Source: Planctomycetota bacterium (lineage in GTDB: Bacteria > Planctomycetota > UBA1135 > UBA2386). From it: a stretch of 64,000 nt of DNA. Positions 9,730 through 18,819 of the stretch are shown here, piece after piece. Location of the stretch: positions 316-64,315 of the forward strand of contig DASUFY010000201.1 of assembly GCA_036274315.1 (NCBI GenBank). The letters run 5' to 3'. The notes under the pieces are model-generated. The model was given only the letters and a program-made list of their open reading frames with translations, was not told where the DNA came from and did no database searches. Numbering within the stretch: position 1 is the stretch's first letter; each line of letters begins with the position of its first letter. Position numbers and translations under genes: made by a program.

Positions 9730-11574
9730 ATGAATCGTTCGCCCCGTTCCGCTCGCATCGCCCTCGCCTGGGCCGTGTGCACCATCCCGTTCGCTGCGAC
9801 AGTGCTCGCACAGTCGCCGGCCGACACCTTCCACAAGGCCTATTACCTGCAGCACGAGGCCCGGGACCTGCAGGCCGCGCAGGCTCTCTACGAACAGGTC
9901 GCCCAGGACCAGGGGGCGCCGGCCGAGCTGCGCGACCAGGCGACCGCGATGTTGCGCACGGTCGCCGAGGAACTCGCGAGCCTGGATTTCGCGCAGCTCA
10001 TGCCGGCGGACACGATCCTCTACCTCGAGTGCAACCGTCCCGGCGAGCAGCTGCGCTCGCTGCTCGGGCAGCTCGGGGTGCTGGGTGGCACCGGCCAGGG
10101 TCTGGGCATCAGCCCGGCACTCGTCGATGGTGTGCTCGGCATGCGCGGCGCCGCCGTCGCGATCACCGAGATCGATCCGCGCCGCGGCCCGACCGGCGGC
10201 GTCGCGATCGTGCACCCCGGCGATCTCGACGTCGTGCGCGGTCTGCTCGAGACGGCGTTGCCCATCGGCGGTCAGCGCGTGGAACCGATCGGTGGCCATG
10301 CGACCTACAGCATCGAGGGCCAGGCCTTCGTGACGCTGACCTCGCGGCTCCTGATCGCGGGCCGCCACCGCGAGGACATTGCCGGTGTCGTCGAACGCAT
10401 GCAGCACGGCGGCGACGGTTCGCTCGCGAAGAGCCAGCGCCTCGCCGGCGCGATGGCGATGCGCGGCGACGATCTGATGTTCTTCTGCGTCAACCTGCAG
10501 CCGCTGATGCCCATGATCATGGACGCAGTGGCGCGCGAGACGCGGCGCGATCCCGGCGCCCGCGCCGCCCTGGCCTTCCTGGACCTGGCGAGCACTCGCA
10601 CCGTCGCCGGCCGGGTCGGCGTCGATGCGCGCGGCCTGTCGCTCGACGCGGTCGTCGAACTCGACGAGGGCCATCGCAACTTGGCGTTCAACCTGCTGCG
10701 GCTGCCGAACATCGACGAGCAGGCGTTGTCACTGGTGCCCAGCGGCCCGGCGTTCTTCTGCCTCGGCGCGATCAACCGGAGTGGTGCGGTGCCCCCTGGC
10801 GAGACCGATGCGGCGGGCCGGCGCGTCGTGACGATGATGGACTTCGGCCGCGAGCTGTTCGCCAACGTCGTCGATGTCGCTGCATTCGTCATGCCGGAGG
10901 TCCAGCAGGCACCGTGGGGCCCGATGCCCGACTTCGGCGTGGCCATGCGCGTCAACGACCCGCAGCGCTCGCTCGCGCTGTGGCAGTTCGTGCTCGGCAC
11001 GGCGCAGGGTGCGAGCGGCGGCGGCGAGCCGGCCGCCGCGCAGCGCCAGGGCGACGTCGTCGTGCAGCGCTTCCAGATCGACAAGGTGCCCGTCTTCCTG
11101 GCGCAGGCTGGACAGCACCTCGTGCTGTCGCCGAGCGAACGCTTGATCGGATCGGCCGTCGACGGTCTGCGCAACCACCGCTCGGTGCTGCAGGACGATG
11201 TCTACGCCGATGCCCTGGCGCTGGCCGGCGACGGCAGCACGCTGGTCGCGGCCGCGAACCTGGGTCGCTGCGGCGTGATCGGCAGGCAGTTCCTGAGCGA
11301 CCGCGAGCGACGCGAGGCGGCGCCGTTCCTCGACCTGCTCGCGAACACGAGCGTGTCGTTCGTCTCGCTGCAGACGGCGACCCGGTGCGGCGTGCGCGGG
11401 CGCGTCGTCGGTTTGCCCGACGTCGGCCCCCTGCTGCAACAGCTCATCGACCGCGAGTTGCATCGCGGGCGGCGGCAGGTCTCGGCGCAGGATGCGCCGC
11501 CGAGGCCTGCTCGCGGGCCGGCTGCGACGACCGGCGCGCCGGAGCCGGCTCGTGGCCCCGGGATCGTGCGCTGA
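9730..11574 (+). CDS. Secreted protein of unknown function
   Basis: ORF 9679..11574 trimmed to the ATG at 9730 (MNRSPRSARIALAWAVCTIPFAATVLAQS signal peptide). Composition is balanced and non-shadow-like. I recognised no family. Confidence 0.7.
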   Translation: MNRSPRSARIALAWAVCTIPFAATVLAQSPADTFHKAYYLQHEARDLQAAQALYEQVAQDQGAPAELRDQATAMLRTVAEELASLDFAQLMPADTILYLECNRPGEQLRSLLGQLGVLGGTGQGLGISPALVDGVLGMRGAAVAITEIDPRRGPTGGVAIVHPGDLDVVRGLLETALPIGGQRVEPIGGHATYSIEGQAFVTLTSRLLIAGRHREDIAGVVERMQHGGDGSLAKSQRLAGAMAMRGDDLMFFCVNLQPLMPMIMDAVARETRRDPGARAALAFLDLASTRTVAGRVGVDARGLSLDAVVELDEGHRNLAFNLLRLPNIDEQALSLVPSGPAFFCLGAINRSGAVPPGETDAAGRRVVTMMDFGRELFANVVDVAAFVMPEVQQAPWGPMPDFGVAMRVNDPQRSLALWQFVLGTAQGASGGGEPAAAQRQGDVVVQRFQIDKVPVFLAQAGQHLVLSPSERLIGSAVDGLRNHRSVLQDDVYADALALAGDGSTLVAAANLGRCGVIGRQFLSDRERREAAPFLDLLANTSVSFVSLQTATRCGVRGRVVGLPDVGPLLQQLIDRELHRGRRQVSAQDAPPRPARGPAATTGAPEPARGPGIVR

Positions 11575-11616
11575 TCGCGTGCAGGCGCGCGACGGCCGCG
11601 CATCGCCCGCGGTGGC

Positions 11617-13602
11617 TCACAGGGTGCCGACGACGCACTTCAGGCCGTTCGACGTCAGCACGCCGATACCCAGGGCCGTGTTGTTCGGCACACCGAGCAC
11701 GGCGCCCTGCGCGTGGAACTCGAAGCCGCTGAAGATCGGCGGCAGGGCCGGGAGGTTCAGCGCCGTCCAGGTGAACGAGCCACCGAACGGGCCGACCGCA
11801 GGGCCTTGGAGCACGTCGAGGCTGGCGTCGAGGAAGCAGCCCGGCGCGCCGAACGGGGCCAGCGGCAGACCCGGCCGGCTGAGACCGATGACGCCGACGT
11901 GCAGCAGCGCCGCAGCCGGGATGTTGCCCGTCGTGACCTGGAACGGCACGGCCGCAGCACCCTGCACCGGGCGCCCGACACCGGTCAACGACAGTGGCAG
12001 CACGTCGCCGAGGCCCGTGGTGAGCGGGTTGAGCGCGAAGCCCGAGATGTCGCTGGCGCTCGGAGTGGCGCTGGGGCCGCCCGGCGAGTAGCCGACGAGC
12101 ACGTTCGTGCCGCTCGCCGCCATCGGGCCCCATGCCATGACCATGTCACCGGTGGTCGCGTTGTAGGTGAACTGGATCGTGTTGGCGTCGGCCGCACTCG
12201 TGCCGCCGAAGCTCCAGACCCCGTCGAACGTCACGCGCGCGTTCGGCGCCGCCTCTTCGTACTGCACCTGCCCGCTGCCGACGATGGAGGGGTTGAGGTC
12301 CTTCCACGAGTAGAACGCCGTCGCCGGATTGCCCAGCAGCGTTGCCACGGCCGGCGTGAATGCGTTGCTGTTGCCGGCGCCGAGCGCGACCCAACCGTTG
12401 GAGCCGACCCTGAGACCCAACGTGCCGGCGGCGATCTGCGAGTCGTCGGTCAAGGCGAGTGCCGTCGGGGCCGACATCAGGCCGACCGCGACCGGGGCGA
12501 CTCCGGGTGCGAACTGCACGGTGTAGCCGCTGCCGGTGTGGTTCATCATCAGCGAGCCGCCCGAGAGATCGAACGCGGCCGGCGCCATCTCCTGGTAGAA
12601 GGACGCAAACGACGCGTCGCAGCCCGCACCCTGCGCGGTGACCGTGGCGATGCCGAGGCTCGGGCACGTGCCGCCGTTCGTGTAGCGGATGTTCGTGTTG
12701 ACGATGCGCGGCTGGAGCGCCGCGCCGGTGAACGGAACGTTCGATGCCTGGCCGGCGGACAGCGTCAACTCGGGGGTCGAGTAGACCTGCGGGAACGTGC
12801 TGCCGTTCGTGTAGGCGTGCGCCAGTCCGTTGGCCACGAGCGCGACACCGACGGTGCAACCGAGGCCGAGCCGGACCGGTGGGGTCAACACGACGTTGCT
12901 CGGCAGGCCGGGACCGGCGGACGTGGCCGGGCCGGAGCTCGTGAGACCCCAGGGCTGCGTGATCGGCAGCGAGCTGTTGGCCGCGAGGTACAGGTCGATC
13001 GAGCCGACCGTGCCCGCGGCGCTGCTGAAGTTCAGGTCGAGGTCCGTGATCGTCAGGCCCGCGGGGGCCGTGCACGTGAGCTCGAAGTACACCGCGCCGC
13101 CGAGCGTGCCGCCGTTGTCGTTGGCGAAGGTCGTGGTCAGCGTGTTCGGCGGCGGCGGCGTGCAGCTGATCGTCAGCGGGAAGTTGCCCGTCGCGCCGGC
13201 GTAGCCGCCGACGCGGATGTAATAGGTCGTGCCGATGGTGGCCGACCAGCCGACCTGCGACTGCAGGCCGCACGCGTCGTCGTTGCAGCCGATGCTGGTC
13301 AGCGCGCCGCAGCCGCCGCTGAACACTTCGAGGACCGTGTCGAAGCCGCCGCCGCACGTGTTGGCGACGGCGTTGCCGGTGCAGGAGGCGAGGTAGGCGA
13401 ACCAGACATCGTTGTCGCCGAACGCGCACGTCCAGAGCTGGGCGGGATTGGTCGTGGAGCCGACGTTGGTGAACGGGCCGTTTGCGCCGTCGAAGACGGG
13501 GGTCGCCGTGACACACTCGTCCTGGGCGAAGGCGGAGTCGAGGGACGTGAGGGTCGCGACTGCGGTGAGCAGCAGTCGCCGGGAGGTGCGAACGAAGCGC
13601 AT
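11617..13602 (-). CDS. Secreted Cys-rich protein of unknown function (N-terminal Cys-rich module, C-terminal shared module)
   Basis: 661 aa. Signal peptide MRFVRTSRRLLLTAVATLTSLDSAFAQ. Cys-rich N-domain (QDECVTATPV...IGCNDDACGLQS...YYIRVGGYAG). The C-terminal roughly 120 aa resemble the C-terminus of the 35335..36633 product. Confidence 0.75.
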   Translation of the reverse strand: MRFVRTSRRLLLTAVATLTSLDSAFAQDECVTATPVFDGANGPFTNVGSTTNPAQLWTCAFGDNDVWFAYLASCTGNAVANTCGGGFDTVLEVFSGGCGALTSIGCNDDACGLQSQVGWSATIGTTYYIRVGGYAGATGNFPLTISCTPPPPNTLTTTFANDNGGTLGGAVYFELTCTAPAGLTITDLDLNFSSAAGTVGSIDLYLAANSSLPITQPWGLTSSGPATSAGPGLPSNVVLTPPVRLGLGCTVGVALVANGLAHAYTNGSTFPQVYSTPELTLSAGQASNVPFTGAALQPRIVNTNIRYTNGGTCPSLGIATVTAQGAGCDASFASFYQEMAPAAFDLSGGSLMMNHTGSGYTVQFAPGVAPVAVGLMSAPTALALTDDSQIAAGTLGLRVGSNGWVALGAGNSNAFTPAVATLLGNPATAFYSWKDLNPSIVGSGQVQYEEAAPNARVTFDGVWSFGGTSAADANTIQFTYNATTGDMVMAWGPMAASGTNVLVGYSPGGPSATPSASDISGFALNPLTTGLGDVLPLSLTGVGRPVQGAAAVPFQVTTGNIPAAALLHVGVIGLSRPGLPLAPFGAPGCFLDASLDVLQGPAVGPFGGSFTWTALNLPALPPIFSGFEFHAQGAVLGVPNNTALGIGVLTSNGLKCVVGTL

Positions 13603-13868
13603 GGACTACCTTGGTTGGGAAGTGGCAGGCCGCGAGTGCGTCATCCGACGACGCGCGCACGTGCTCTGCACCTTATCCTGGCACCGTGCCGCGCACTTCC
13701 CGCAAGTACGGAAGCACTCGCAGCCGACGATTTTACGCCGATTGGTAATCGACGGTCGTGCGAGTGCACGACTCATGTTGCGCGCGCGTCGAGGTCGAAG
13801 GCGAATCCGGAGAACGCGTTGCTCGCGATCGCGTCGCGCCGTCGACCGGGCGTAGAGTGCGGCGACTC

Positions 13869-15611
13869 ATGCGCAGTCCGCTGCTCTGGTTGGCCCTGCT
13901 CTGCCACTCGTGCCTCGCGACGGCCTACGTGTTCCTCACGCCCGCCTTCGAAGGGCCCGACGAGAACAGCCACTACGAGTACGCGTGGAGCCTCGCCAAC
14001 AACGGCCACCTGCCGCTCTCCCCGGGCCTCGCGACCGAACGCGGCCTGCCGCAGACCGAGGGTGCGGTGCTCGCGCACCATCCGCCGCTCTACTACGCGC
14101 TGCTCGCCGCGTGCCTCGTGGTCTCGGGCGACACGGACACGGTGTTCGGCCCGATCCTGAACCCCGACTTCGGCCAACCCGTTGCGGCCGGCACGCACCT
14201 GCGGTTCGTGCACGGCGGCGACGAACGCGCGCCGCGCGCGCGCGCCGCCCGGGTGCTGCTCGACCTGCGCCTCGTCTCCGTCGCGCTCGGCCTGCTGTCG
14301 CTGCTCTGCGTGCGCGCGCTGGCGCGGGCGTGCTGCCCCGAACGCCCGGTGCTCGGCGACGTCGCGGCCCTGCTGACCGCCTGCCTGCCGATGTGGTCGT
14401 TCCTGCACGGCGTGCTCAACAGCGACAACCTCGCGATCCTCATGGCGACCGCGACGCTGCTGGCGCTGGTCCGCTTCGTGCGCAGCGAGGCGCCGACGTG
14501 GCGCGGTGCCGCGAGCATCGGGCTGTTGCTCGGCCTCGCGCTGCTCGCCAAGCTCACGACGTTGTTCCTAGCACCGCTCGCGGCCGTCGCGTTCACGCTC
14601 GTCGCCGCACGCGAGATCCGCGCCGGACGCGGCCGCCGTGCGCTGCTGCCCGCCGGCGTCGCACTCGCGGTCGCAGCGCTCGTCTGCGGCTGGTGGTTCG
14701 TGCGCAACCTGCAGCTCTACGGCGACCCGCTCGCGATGCGCGTGCACGACGCCGCCTTCCCGGGCATCGCGCCCCAGTACGTCTGGCCGTTCTTCTGGAA
14801 CGGGTTCCTGCCCCAGGTCTTCGCCTCGTTGCTCGGCTGCTTCGGTTGGTTCACGCTGCCGCCGCCGCGTGCGCTCGTCGCGGCCGGCGGCGTCGCCGCG
14901 GCGCTGGCCGGCCTCGGCCTGATGCGCCTCGCGCTCGACCGGCCGCGCGCGCCGATGCCGCGGCCGCTGTGGTTGTTGTTCGGCACCTGTGCGCTCGTCT
15001 TCGCGGCCACCGCGCACTTCAACACGAAGGTCCCGCAGCCGCAGGGGCGGTTGCTGCTGGTCGCCGTCGGCCCCGCCGCCGTGCTGTTCGCGACCGGCTT
15101 GCTGCGCGCGGGTGCGATGCTGCGCGTCGCACGCCAGGCCCGCTGGTTCGCGGCGCTGCCGCCGCTCGTCGCCGGCGCCGTGCTCGTCGCGTGGTTCCGG
15201 CCCGCATTCGACCCCGCGCTCGCGCCGGCCCCGGCGCACCACGCCTCGCTCGTCGGCGACATCGTTTCGGGCACCACGCAGCCGGCGATCGGCTGGCTCG
15301 AACCCGCGGCCGGCAGCACGTTGGCAGCCCCGCCGCGGTTGCGCTGGCGCGCGGCCGAGCCGGCACCGGGCGCGATCTACTCGCTCTACGCCTACGATGC
15401 GCGCGGTCGGGTCTGGCTCGCGACCCACGAATGGAGCCACGGCGAGATCCTGCTGCAGGGTGGGGAGGCGGTGCTGCCCGAAGGGGCATGGGCGCTGCTG
15501 CCCAAGGACCGCGACGTGTTCCTCGAACTGCGGGCCGTGCCCGACTGGCGCGCCGGCGAACGGCTCGGGCAGATGCCCGTGAGCACGGCGCTGCGCTGCC
15601 GCCGCGAGTAG
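13869..15611 (+). CDS. Polytopic membrane protein, GT-C-like glycosyltransferase (ArnT/DUF2142-like)
   Basis: ORF 13758..15611 trimmed to the ATG at 13869. The first loop carries FEGPDENSHYEYAW, typical of GT-C family first periplasmic loops. More than 10 hydrophobic segments are followed by a soluble C-terminal region of about 110 aa. Confidence 0.7.
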   Translation: MRSPLLWLALLCHSCLATAYVFLTPAFEGPDENSHYEYAWSLANNGHLPLSPGLATERGLPQTEGAVLAHHPPLYYALLAACLVVSGDTDTVFGPILNPDFGQPVAAGTHLRFVHGGDERAPRARAARVLLDLRLVSVALGLLSLLCVRALARACCPERPVLGDVAALLTACLPMWSFLHGVLNSDNLAILMATATLLALVRFVRSEAPTWRGAASIGLLLGLALLAKLTTLFLAPLAAVAFTLVAAREIRAGRGRRALLPAGVALAVAALVCGWWFVRNLQLYGDPLAMRVHDAAFPGIAPQYVWPFFWNGFLPQVFASLLGCFGWFTLPPPRALVAAGGVAAALAGLGLMRLALDRPRAPMPRPLWLLFGTCALVFAATAHFNTKVPQPQGRLLLVAVGPAAVLFATGLLRAGAMLRVARQARWFAALPPLVAGAVLVAWFRPAFDPALAPAPAHHASLVGDIVSGTTQPAIGWLEPAAGSTLAAPPRLRWRAAEPAPGAIYSLYAYDARGRVWLATHEWSHGEILLQGGEAVLPEGAWALLPKDRDVFLELRAVPDWRAGERLGQMPVSTALRCRRE

Positions 15612-17162
15612 CTACTTCGGGATCCGTTCGAGCACGAGTGCGCGCCGCGTCGTGTTGCCGCTCTCGATGACCGCGGTCGGCGTCTCGTCGCGTTCGGCCT
15701 TGCGCAGCCGGTACGTCTCGCTCTGCACGCCGAGGAACAGACTGTCGTCCGGCGGCAGGTCGGCGACGCGCGCCACGCCCTTGGCATCGCTGTCCGCGTG
15801 CCACGTGCCCCAGGGGAACACCGTCGAGCCGACGCCGCGCCACTGCACGTTGGGCCATGTCTCGATGCGCACGCCGGGCAGCGCCCCGCCCTGTTCGTCG
15901 GTGACGCACACCTCGAGGATGCCCGTGCGCTCCATCGCGACGACGAGGTCCTGCGTCGACGAATCGGCGATCGGCTGCGCGATGTGCTCGTACGCCTGCG
16001 CCTGTTCGAGCATGCTCTGCCGGTCCTCGGCCGTCGCTTCGTCGGGCACCGTCTGCGCCAGGTCGGCGAACGTTCGCGGCACGATCCGGCGCGAGACCCA
16101 GCCGCGGCACCACGCGATCACCTGGCCCGGACCCTCGCGCAGGCCGGGCACGGTGAACGTGCCGTCCGCTGCGACCGCTGCCTCGTAGTCGTCCGACTGC
16201 GAGACGGCGCCCTGGATCGTGTGCAGGTTGACCCAGACGTGGCCGTCGACGATGGGGCGCGGCACCGCGGGATCGAGCCGGCCGCGCAACGTCACGAGCG
16301 GCCGCAGTTCGACGTCGACGTCGAGCAGCCTCTGCTCGCCGAGCACGAACAGCACGAAGCGGCTCGCCAGGCTGCCGAGCTCCTGGCTCGTGTGCTTCAC
16401 GGCCACGAAGTGGGGTCCCGGCGAGAGCCGCGTCGTCGAGCAGCTGCCGTCGGGATCGCGCTGCCAGCCGCCGTTGCCGAGCTTGGATTGCCAGTCCATC
16501 GAGATCTCGATGTCCCGCACGACGAGGCTGCGCGTGCGGTACCACGCCCAGAGCCGCACCGTCGCGCCCTTCTGCAGCTGCACGGTGCACTCTTCGGCCC
16601 GCAGCTCGAAGCTCGAGTCGCGGAACGCGATGAAGTCGGGATGCGAGACGGCGAGGTCGACGTGGTCGGCCTTGCCGTCGATGTCGACCCAGCGCGTGTA
16701 GTCGATGCGCGCGCGGCCTTCGGCGTCGGTGGACGCCGTGGTCTCGCCGCCGCGCATGCCGTACCACGCACCCGCGTCGCCCTGCTTGCGCAGGCCGAGG
16801 ATGCGGACCTTGGCGGTCGGGATCGGCTCGTGGTACGCATCGATGACGCGCACGGTCAGCCAGTCGCGGGCCTCGAGGTCGGCGGGCTCGCCCGGCGCCG
16901 GTGCGGCGGCCGGCGTTGGCTTCGGGACCTGCGCCGGCGTCTCGGCGACGACCTTGCGTTCGGCGTCCGCGGGCGCCGCCACGGCGGTGGCGGCATGCGC
17001 GGCGGTGCGCGGCTGCTCGCGCGGCGCGCCGGTCCTCGGGGCATCGTCGTTCGCGGCCCAGAACAGCAGCAACACGAGCGCGGCGAGCGCCGCGAGCGCA
17101 GTGAGCACGATGAGCAGGGTCGACTGGCGCGAGATGGCTCGGGCGGGTGGTTTCGGGTTCAT
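15612..17162 (-). CDS. Membrane-anchored protein with carboxypeptidase-regulatory-like (CarboxypepD_reg) repeats
   Basis: 516 aa. N-terminal anchor LLIVLTALAALAALVLLLFW and an Ala/Pro-rich linker. Repeats resemble LTVRVIDAYHEPIPTAKVRILG...TDAEGRARI and ILEVCVTDEQGGALPGVRIETW. The stop codon directly abuts the stop of the convergent gene (tagcta at 15609-15614). Confidence 0.75.
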   Translation of the reverse strand: MNPKPPARAISRQSTLLIVLTALAALAALVLLLFWAANDDAPRTGAPREQPRTAAHAATAVAAPADAERKVVAETPAQVPKPTPAAAPAPGEPADLEARDWLTVRVIDAYHEPIPTAKVRILGLRKQGDAGAWYGMRGGETTASTDAEGRARIDYTRWVDIDGKADHVDLAVSHPDFIAFRDSSFELRAEECTVQLQKGATVRLWAWYRTRSLVVRDIEISMDWQSKLGNGGWQRDPDGSCSTTRLSPGPHFVAVKHTSQELGSLASRFVLFVLGEQRLLDVDVELRPLVTLRGRLDPAVPRPIVDGHVWVNLHTIQGAVSQSDDYEAAVAADGTFTVPGLREGPGQVIAWCRGWVSRRIVPRTFADLAQTVPDEATAEDRQSMLEQAQAYEHIAQPIADSSTQDLVVAMERTGILEVCVTDEQGGALPGVRIETWPNVQWRGVGSTVFPWGTWHADSDAKGVARVADLPPDDSLFLGVQSETYRLRKAERDETPTAVIESGNTTRRALVLERIPK

Positions 17163-17194
17163 CGTTCGGCGGCGGCGCTTCTCGGCCAGTCAGT

Positions 17195-17374
17195 CTAACG
17201 CGACGCGCGCACGCGTTCCCGGGCCCAGCTTGCGGGCGGCGTGCGCATCATGTTCGTGAGGTTGTCCAGCTTGTCCCGCGAGCTTGACCTGGAGCGCCGA
17301 GATCGGCGTGTCGGCTCCGCTCGCGCTCGCGCGTCGCCTTGCGGCAGGTGGAGGCCGTACCGGGCTTCTGGATC
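17195..17374 (-). pseudogene. 3' remnant of a MESH1/SpoT-like HD hydrolase gene (frameshifted, truncated)
   Basis: The reverse-strand translation needs three frames to read KATRERERSRHA / SALQVKLA / DKLDNLTNMMRTPPASWARERV. These match the expected continuation of small HD (p)ppGpp hydrolases after the DDK motif (pattern KxERKRLQxExA...AKLVKLADKLxNLRDL...P.GW). One extra G in gcggga breaks VKLA|DKL. Stop at 17195-17197. Confidence 0.5.
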
Positions 17375-17866
17375 TCACTTGTCCCTCACAAACTCCGCCT
17401 GCACACCCTTGCCGGGTATCAGCATCGAGTAGGCGTTGTCGCCTGACACCTTCACGAACCCAACACGCTGCGCCACGCCAAGGATCACCTGTTCACTCGG
17501 GTCCCAGACAGGCCCGTCCGGACCGTCCATGAGCGTCCCCTGCCCGCAGCTGATGACGACCCGATCCGGGGCCTCGGTCAGGGTGATCGCCGGCTTGCCG
17601 TTGGCTCCGTACAAATGGATCCCTGTGTTCGCATCCAAGACCATGCGCGGCCTGCCGGAATCATCGTACAGGACGATCCGGTGCAGATTGGCCTGCCCGG
17701 GACCCGCGGGGCCTGCCTCCGGGAGAGAGGCGGCCGCCTGCGGCCAATTCGGAGTTCCTCCGGAGGAACTGCATGCGGGAAGGAGGATGACCACGACCAG
17801 GATCACCAACCGATGGAGGTGGTTGATCCAGATGCGGCGCGAACACGTCGTCCACTTGGTTGTCAT
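17375..17866 (-). CDS. Small lipoprotein of unknown function, in a low-GC cassette
   Basis: 163 aa starting at the ATG at 17866. Signal and lipobox HRLVILVVVILLPAC|SSSGG. Four 60-nt lines sampled in 17581-17880 gave 58, 68, 60 and 58% G+C, against about 78% in one flanking line. Confidence 0.7.
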   Translation of the reverse strand: MTTKWTTCSRRIWINHLHRLVILVVVILLPACSSSGGTPNWPQAAASLPEAGPAGPGQANLHRIVLYDDSGRPRMVLDANTGIHLYGANGKPAITLTEAPDRVVISCGQGTLMDGPDGPVWDPSEQVILGVAQRVGFVKVSGDNAYSMLIPGKGVQAEFVRDK

Positions 17867-18175
17867 CGGTAGTGGTTCCGTATTGTCGAGGCTCTTGTCG
17901 TCCGTGACCTCGGCGACGACCGCGGCGATCTGCGCACCGAACGCGGCCGTCAACTCGGCGGCGGTCGCGCCGGTGTCCTCGATCGTGTCGTGCAGCAGTG
18001 CCGCCGCGAGCGTCACGGGGTCGTCGACGCCGCCCTGTTCCGCGCGACGTCGGGCGACCGAGAGCGGGTGGTTGATGTGGGGATCATCGCCGCTCTTGCG
18101 GTGCTGGGCCCGGTGCTGGCGCGCCGCGTAGTCGGCGGCGCGCGGAAGGGTCGACGGCGGCTGGTTCGTGGTCAC
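17867..18175 (-). pseudogene. 5' fragment of a MESH1/SpoT-like HD-domain (p)ppGpp hydrolase gene
   Basis: The translation YAARQHRAQHRKSGDDPHINHPLSVA...LAAALLHDTIEDTGATAAELTAAFGAQIAAVVAEVTDDKSL carries the HD-domain H...HD..ED signature. The frame then runs without a stop into the lipoprotein signal peptide. The start is either GTG at 18175 or ATG at 18241. Confidence 0.65.
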
Positions 18176-18251
18176 GGTGCGCAGCGTAGTGGCTGGCCAG
18201 CGCGAGCAGGGGCTGGACCGGGCCGGCGCCGGGCCGTCCATTCATCGGGTC

Positions 18252-18737
18252 ATGCGCGACACCGCCGAACACCTGCGTCTCGTCGTCGACCTCTGCGTCC
18301 CCTTGCTGCTCGCGATACCCGACGAGCGCGCCGCGAGCAGGCCCGGTCCGGGCAAGTGGTCGCCGAAGGAGGTCGTCGGCCACCTCATCGACTCCGCCTG
18401 CAACAACCAGCAGAAGTTCGTGCGCCTGCTGCTCGGCGCGGGCCACGTCGACTTCGTCGGCTACGCGCAGGACGGCTGGGTGCGCTGCCAGCACTACCAG
18501 GACGCCGACTGGCGCGCGCTCGTCGAGCTGTGGCGCGCCTACAACGGGCACCTCGCGCACGTCATCGCGCACGCCGATCCGGCGCGCCTTCCGCACACGA
18601 TCTCGATCGACGGCAAGGGCCCGTTCCGGCTCGACTTCGTCATGGCGGACTACGTCGAGCACATGAAGCACCACCTCACGGCGCTGCTGCCCGACGCGGG
18701 GCTCGCGAGCGCCTTCGAGAACGTCTACGGGGCGTAG
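18252..18737 (+). CDS. DinB-family (DinB_2) metal-dependent protein
   Basis: ORF 18168..18737 trimmed to the ATG at 18252. It looks like a four-helix bundle with a His triad (VVGHLIDSA, NGHLAHVI, VEHMKHHL). Confidence 0.8.
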   Translation: MRDTAEHLRLVVDLCVPLLLAIPDERAASRPGPGKWSPKEVVGHLIDSACNNQQKFVRLLLGAGHVDFVGYAQDGWVRCQHYQDADWRALVELWRAYNGHLAHVIAHADPARLPHTISIDGKGPFRLDFVMADYVEHMKHHLTALLPDAGLASAFENVYGA

Positions 18738-18819
18738 CGCCGCCGGCGGGCCTGCAGGCGATTCGCCCGCGCCCGGCTGCGATCTCGATTCCCCCTGCAC
18801 ACCGCGGCGAGCGAGGTGT

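Noticed and set aside
17375-18241. A continuous 288-aa ORF that could be read as a genuine HD-domain/lipoprotein fusion.
   Set aside because: A lipoprotein signal peptide and lipobox in the middle of a cytoplasmic HD enzyme is implausible. The HD domain stops at the DDK motif, and its missing C-terminal segments are found frameshifted just downstream of the lipoprotein stop. An insertion is the better explanation.
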